A stretch of DNA of 56,082 bases from an uncultured Planctomycetales bacterium (GTDB taxonomy: Bacteria > Planctomycetota > Phycisphaerae > UBA1845 > PWPN01): assembly GCA_964569765.1 (NCBI GenBank), contig CAZMVY010000003.1:1-56082 (forward strand), given 5' to 3'. Under the pieces are notes generated by a model that had not been told where the DNA came from, made no database searches, and saw only the letters and a program-made list of their open reading frames with translations. This document shows, piece after piece, positions 53,572 to 56,082 of the stretch. Numbering within the stretch: position 1 is the stretch's first letter; each line of letters starts with the position of its first letter. The translations under genes were made by a program, and so were the position numbers.

Positions 53572-54138
53572 ATGCTCAAAGAAAACGCATCACGCCTGCG
53601 GGCCGAGGATGCGGCCCTGCTTGTCGTGGATATCCAGAAGCGCCTGCTCCCGCACATCGCCAACCACGAGGCCGTTGCGGCCGCAGCCATCCGGATGATC
53701 CGCGGCGCGAGCGTCCTGAAGGTGCCGATCCTCGTCACGGAACAGTATCCCAAGGGAATCGGCCCGACCGTCCCGGCCGTCCAGGAAGCCTTTGAGCCGG
53801 GAACCTTCCGCGCGATCGAGAAGATGACGTTCAGTTGCTGCGCAACGGAGGAGATCGTCTCCGCGCTGTCGCAGATCGGGCGGTCTCGCATCATCGTCGT
53901 GGGAATCGAGTCGCATGTCTGCGTGATGCAGACCGTGCTCGACCTGCTCGCGCTCGGGTATGCCCCGTTCGTCTGCGCGGATGCGGTGGGTTCGCGCCAC
54001 GACATCGACCGCGAAATGGCTCTCGAACGGATGCGCCACGCCGGCGCGGTCATCACGACGACAGAGTCTGCCCTGTTCGAGCTGCTCCATCGCGCCGGAA
54101 CGCCCGAGTTCATCAAGGTGCTCAAGATCGTGAAGTGA
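53572..54138 (+). CDS. Isochorismatase-family cysteine hydrolase
   Basis: I chose the ATG at 53572. ALLVVDIQKRL, PILVTEQYPKG and the catalytic Cys in VGIESHVCVMQT are present. Confidence 0.85.
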   Translation: MLKENASRLRAEDAALLVVDIQKRLLPHIANHEAVAAAAIRMIRGASVLKVPILVTEQYPKGIGPTVPAVQEAFEPGTFRAIEKMTFSCCATEEIVSALSQIGRSRIIVVGIESHVCVMQTVLDLLALGYAPFVCADAVGSRHDIDREMALERMRHAGAVITTTESALFELLHRAGTPEFIKVLKIVK

Positions 54139-54210
54139 GCTGTGGCGTGCGGCCCCTCCAGAGGCCGCCAAACATCCACCGCTGTCTCTCCGGAGGCCCC
54201 AGCAGGATCC

Positions 54211-54474
54211 ATGTTCCGCCACCCTACCGACGATGACGAATGGTCCGAGCCGGAGAACTTCGACGACGATTCCGCAGACGCCGAGGCGGACGAGTCCCCT
54301 TGCCCCGCCTGCGGCCGGAGCATCTACGACGACGCCGAAAAATGCCCCTACTGCGGAGAATGGATCACCCCCCCCGGCGCGGCGGAAACCCGCAGCCGAT
54401 CGTGGTTCTGGCCGATCCTCGTCGTATTCCTCGTCGTAGTGATACTGATGGCGTGGCACAGCCTCGGCCGATAG
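54211..54474 (+). CDS. Small zinc-ribbon protein with a C-terminal TM helix (87 aa; alternative GTG start at 54142)
   Basis: The N-terminus is acidic. The zinc ribbon is CPACG-x10-CPYCG. RSRSWFW is followed by the [17 protein letters not shown]. The architecture matches 31009..31269. Confidence 0.55.
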   Translation: MFRHPTDDDEWSEPENFDDDSADAEADESPCPACGRSIYDDAEKCPYCGEWITPPGAAETRSRSWFWPILVVFLVVVILMAWHSLGR

Positions 54475-54542
54475 TATACTTGTTTGAGGATTCCTTTATA
54501 TTCGCCCATGCCGGCGGTCGGACAGACCCGCCGGCAGGCACG

Positions 54543-55547
54543 ATGCCTGACACTACCATGAGCTTCCCACAGACACGGTTTCGCAGACTTCGATCCAACC
54601 CAACGATCCGACGACTGGTCCGCGAGACGTCGCTCTCCGTGGACGACCTGATCGCGCCGCTGTTCGTCCGACCCGGTCGAGAGGTGAAGGTACCGATCGC
54701 TTCTATGCCCGGGCAATACCAGATGTCCGTGGACGTCGCGGCCGAGGAGTGCCGACAGATCGAGGCCCTGGGCATTCCGGCGGTCCTGTTGTTCGGTATC
54801 CCGGCGCACAAGGACGAACTCGGCACCGAAGCGTGGCGAAACGACGGCGTCGTCCAACAGGCCGTCCGCGCCATCAAGTCGGCGTGCCCGAATCTGCTGG
54901 TCATCACGGACGTATGCCTGTGCGAATACACCAGCCACGGCCACTGCGGCGTGATCGCCGAGCGCGGCGGACGCAAGGACGTGGACAACGATGCGACCCT
55001 CGTCAACCTCGCCAAGGAGGCCGTCTCGCACGCCCGGGCCGGCGCGGACATCGTCGCCCCGTCGGACATGATGGACGGCCGTGTCGCCGCAATCCGCAAC
55101 GCCCTCGATGCGGAAGGACTGTCGCACACGCCGATCCTTTCGTATGCCGCCAAGTTCGCCAGCGCCTACTACGGACCGTTCCGCGACGCGGCCGAGTCCC
55201 CCCCTCGATTCGGCGACCGCAAGAGCTACCAGATGGACCCCGGCAACCCGAACGAGGCCCTGCGGGAAGTGGCCCTCGACATTGAGGAAGGCGCCGACAT
55301 GGTAATGGTCAAACCCGCCGTGAACTACCTCGACGTCCTCTACCGCGTGAAGGAACGGTTCGGCCTGCCGACTGCCGCGTATCATGTCAGCGGTGAATAC
55401 GCCATGATCAAGGCCGCCGCCGCCAACGGCTGGCTCGACGAGAAGGCCTGCGTCCTCGAGACGATGCTCGCGATCAAGAGGGCCGGCGCCGACATGATCC
55501 TCACGTACTACGCCAGGGACGTCGCCGGCTGGCTCCAGGGACGCTGA
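54543..55547 (+). CDS. hemB: Porphobilinogen synthase (delta-aminolevulinate dehydratase), Zn-type
   Basis: [31 protein letters not shown], the Zn-site Cys cluster [14 protein letters not shown], the Schiff-base Lys in DMVMVKPA and YHVSGEYAM are present. The alternative ATG at 54558 is equally plausible. Confidence 0.95.
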   Translation: MPDTTMSFPQTRFRRLRSNPTIRRLVRETSLSVDDLIAPLFVRPGREVKVPIASMPGQYQMSVDVAAEECRQIEALGIPAVLLFGIPAHKDELGTEAWRNDGVVQQAVRAIKSACPNLLVITDVCLCEYTSHGHCGVIAERGGRKDVDNDATLVNLAKEAVSHARAGADIVAPSDMMDGRVAAIRNALDAEGLSHTPILSYAAKFASAYYGPFRDAAESPPRFGDRKSYQMDPGNPNEALREVALDIEEGADMVMVKPAVNYLDVLYRVKERFGLPTAAYHVSGEYAMIKAAAANGWLDEKACVLETMLAIKRAGADMILTYYARDVAGWLQGR

Positions 55548-55550
55548 AGG

Positions 55551-55567
55551 GCCGACGGATGGTCGGC
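55551..55567 (+). terminator. Short GC hairpin after hemB (GCCGAC-ggatg-GTCGGC) with no T-tract
   Basis: It begins 4 nt after the hemB stop. Confidence 0.25.
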
Positions 55568-55740
55568 TGCTCGCCCGTTCCTCCGCTTGTTGCAGAATGC
55601 GAACCCTCCGCCCGCAAGCCCGCCCGCGGCGGCCAATGTGCCGTTCGCCTGCGAGCACGCATACACGACTCGCCCCATCCGACAAAGCGCATATACTAGC
55701 GGTGGGCGGGCGGATAATTGCGCCCCTGCGCGGAGAGCCG

Positions 55741-56082
55741 CATGCAAAAACCCGACGACCCGACCGGGCAACAGCACCTCGACCCGCTCGGCGATGGTGT
55801 CGCCGCGGCCCCTGCGCCGGGGATCGCCTCCGGCCCTGCGCCCCCCGGCTGGCGGCGCGAGCTTGCCCAGCCGTCGCTGCCCGAAGCCTACGCTACCGTC
55901 CGCGTGCCGCATGCGGGCGGTTTCTGGCGCACGCTGCGGGCATTCGTCGGCCCCGGGCTCCTGGTCGCCGTCGGCTTCCTGGCCCCCGGAAACTGGGCCA
56001 CCGCCCTCGCCGGCGGGGGCCGGCCAGTCGGGCCCGGCGCGGGCGTCGGCTCGGTCCCCTCGGACAGCTCCGCCCCCGGCAT
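55741..56082 (+). CDS. 5' fragment of an Nramp/MntH-like transporter gene running off the window (or a pseudogene)
   Basis: My own translation from the ATG at 55741 is open to the window end. It contains [27 protein letters not shown]. This resembles the Nramp TM1 signature (..GP.....A.GY.DPGN.AT...GG), but the Asp is replaced by Ala and the next ~20 aa do not look Nramp-like. It is absent from the ORF track because it has no stop. Confidence 0.35.

Noticed and set aside
55888-56082. 64-aa minus-strand ORF starting exactly at the window end
   Set aside because: Its translation is Pro/Ala/Gly/Arg-rich. The opposite strand carries the Nramp-like TM1 signature, so this is most likely a shadow ORF.
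1-56082. Search for CRISPR arrays, transposases, integrases, toxin-antitoxin pairs, restriction-modification or other recognisable defence genes
   Set aside because: None seen. No spaced identical repeats longer than the 20-nt pair at 417..464, and no ORF with nuclease, recombinase or defence-type motifs that I could recognise by eye. The window is mostly core metabolism and envelope functions.

Overview
GC-rich chromosomal segment that looks planctomycetal (Phycisphaerae-like). The grounds are two DUF1559/prepilin-type N-terminal-methylation proteins, a dockerin/EF-hand-tailed secreted protein, a MoxR-DUF58-BatA-vWA operon and long Pro/Ala-rich linkers. I see no rRNA, tRNA, CRISPR array, transposase or integrase. 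Gene order: (1) a ~16.6 kb co-directional operon at 481..17133 with six tightly spaced or overlapping genes: a secreted protein with two degenerate retropepsin-like lobes, a membrane protein with a long disordered region, a MoxR AAA+ ATPase, DUF58, a BatA-like protein, and a 2989-aa vWA/TPR giant. (2) A Cys-rich-tailed TPR protein, a NapH-like polyferredoxin and a GT-C/TPR membrane protein. (3) A glycan-related patch: DUF1559 protein, dockerin-like protein, GH39-like hydrolase and rhamnulokinase. (4) rpsB-tsf-pyrH. (5) lpxB. (6) A sensor kinase and sigma-54 activator followed by a consensus -24/-12 promoter, one DUF1559 gene and an intrinsic terminator. (7) rpmF-plsX-fabHDG-acpP-fabF, then an orphan fliN-like gene. 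(8) Housekeeping genes: rlmN, xylB, an IMPase, a second GT-C/TPR paralog, an SDR, an isochorismatase-family gene, hemB and an Nramp-like 5' fragment. The ORF track treats ATG, GTG and TTG as starts, so I trimmed several starts to the first start codon that has an RBS or matches the known family N-terminus. The most interesting items are the self-contained sigma-54 module, the expanded Bat-type operon with its giant fusion protein, and the Cys-tail TPR / polyferredoxin pair. All functional calls rest on motif recognition by eye. No database search was run.
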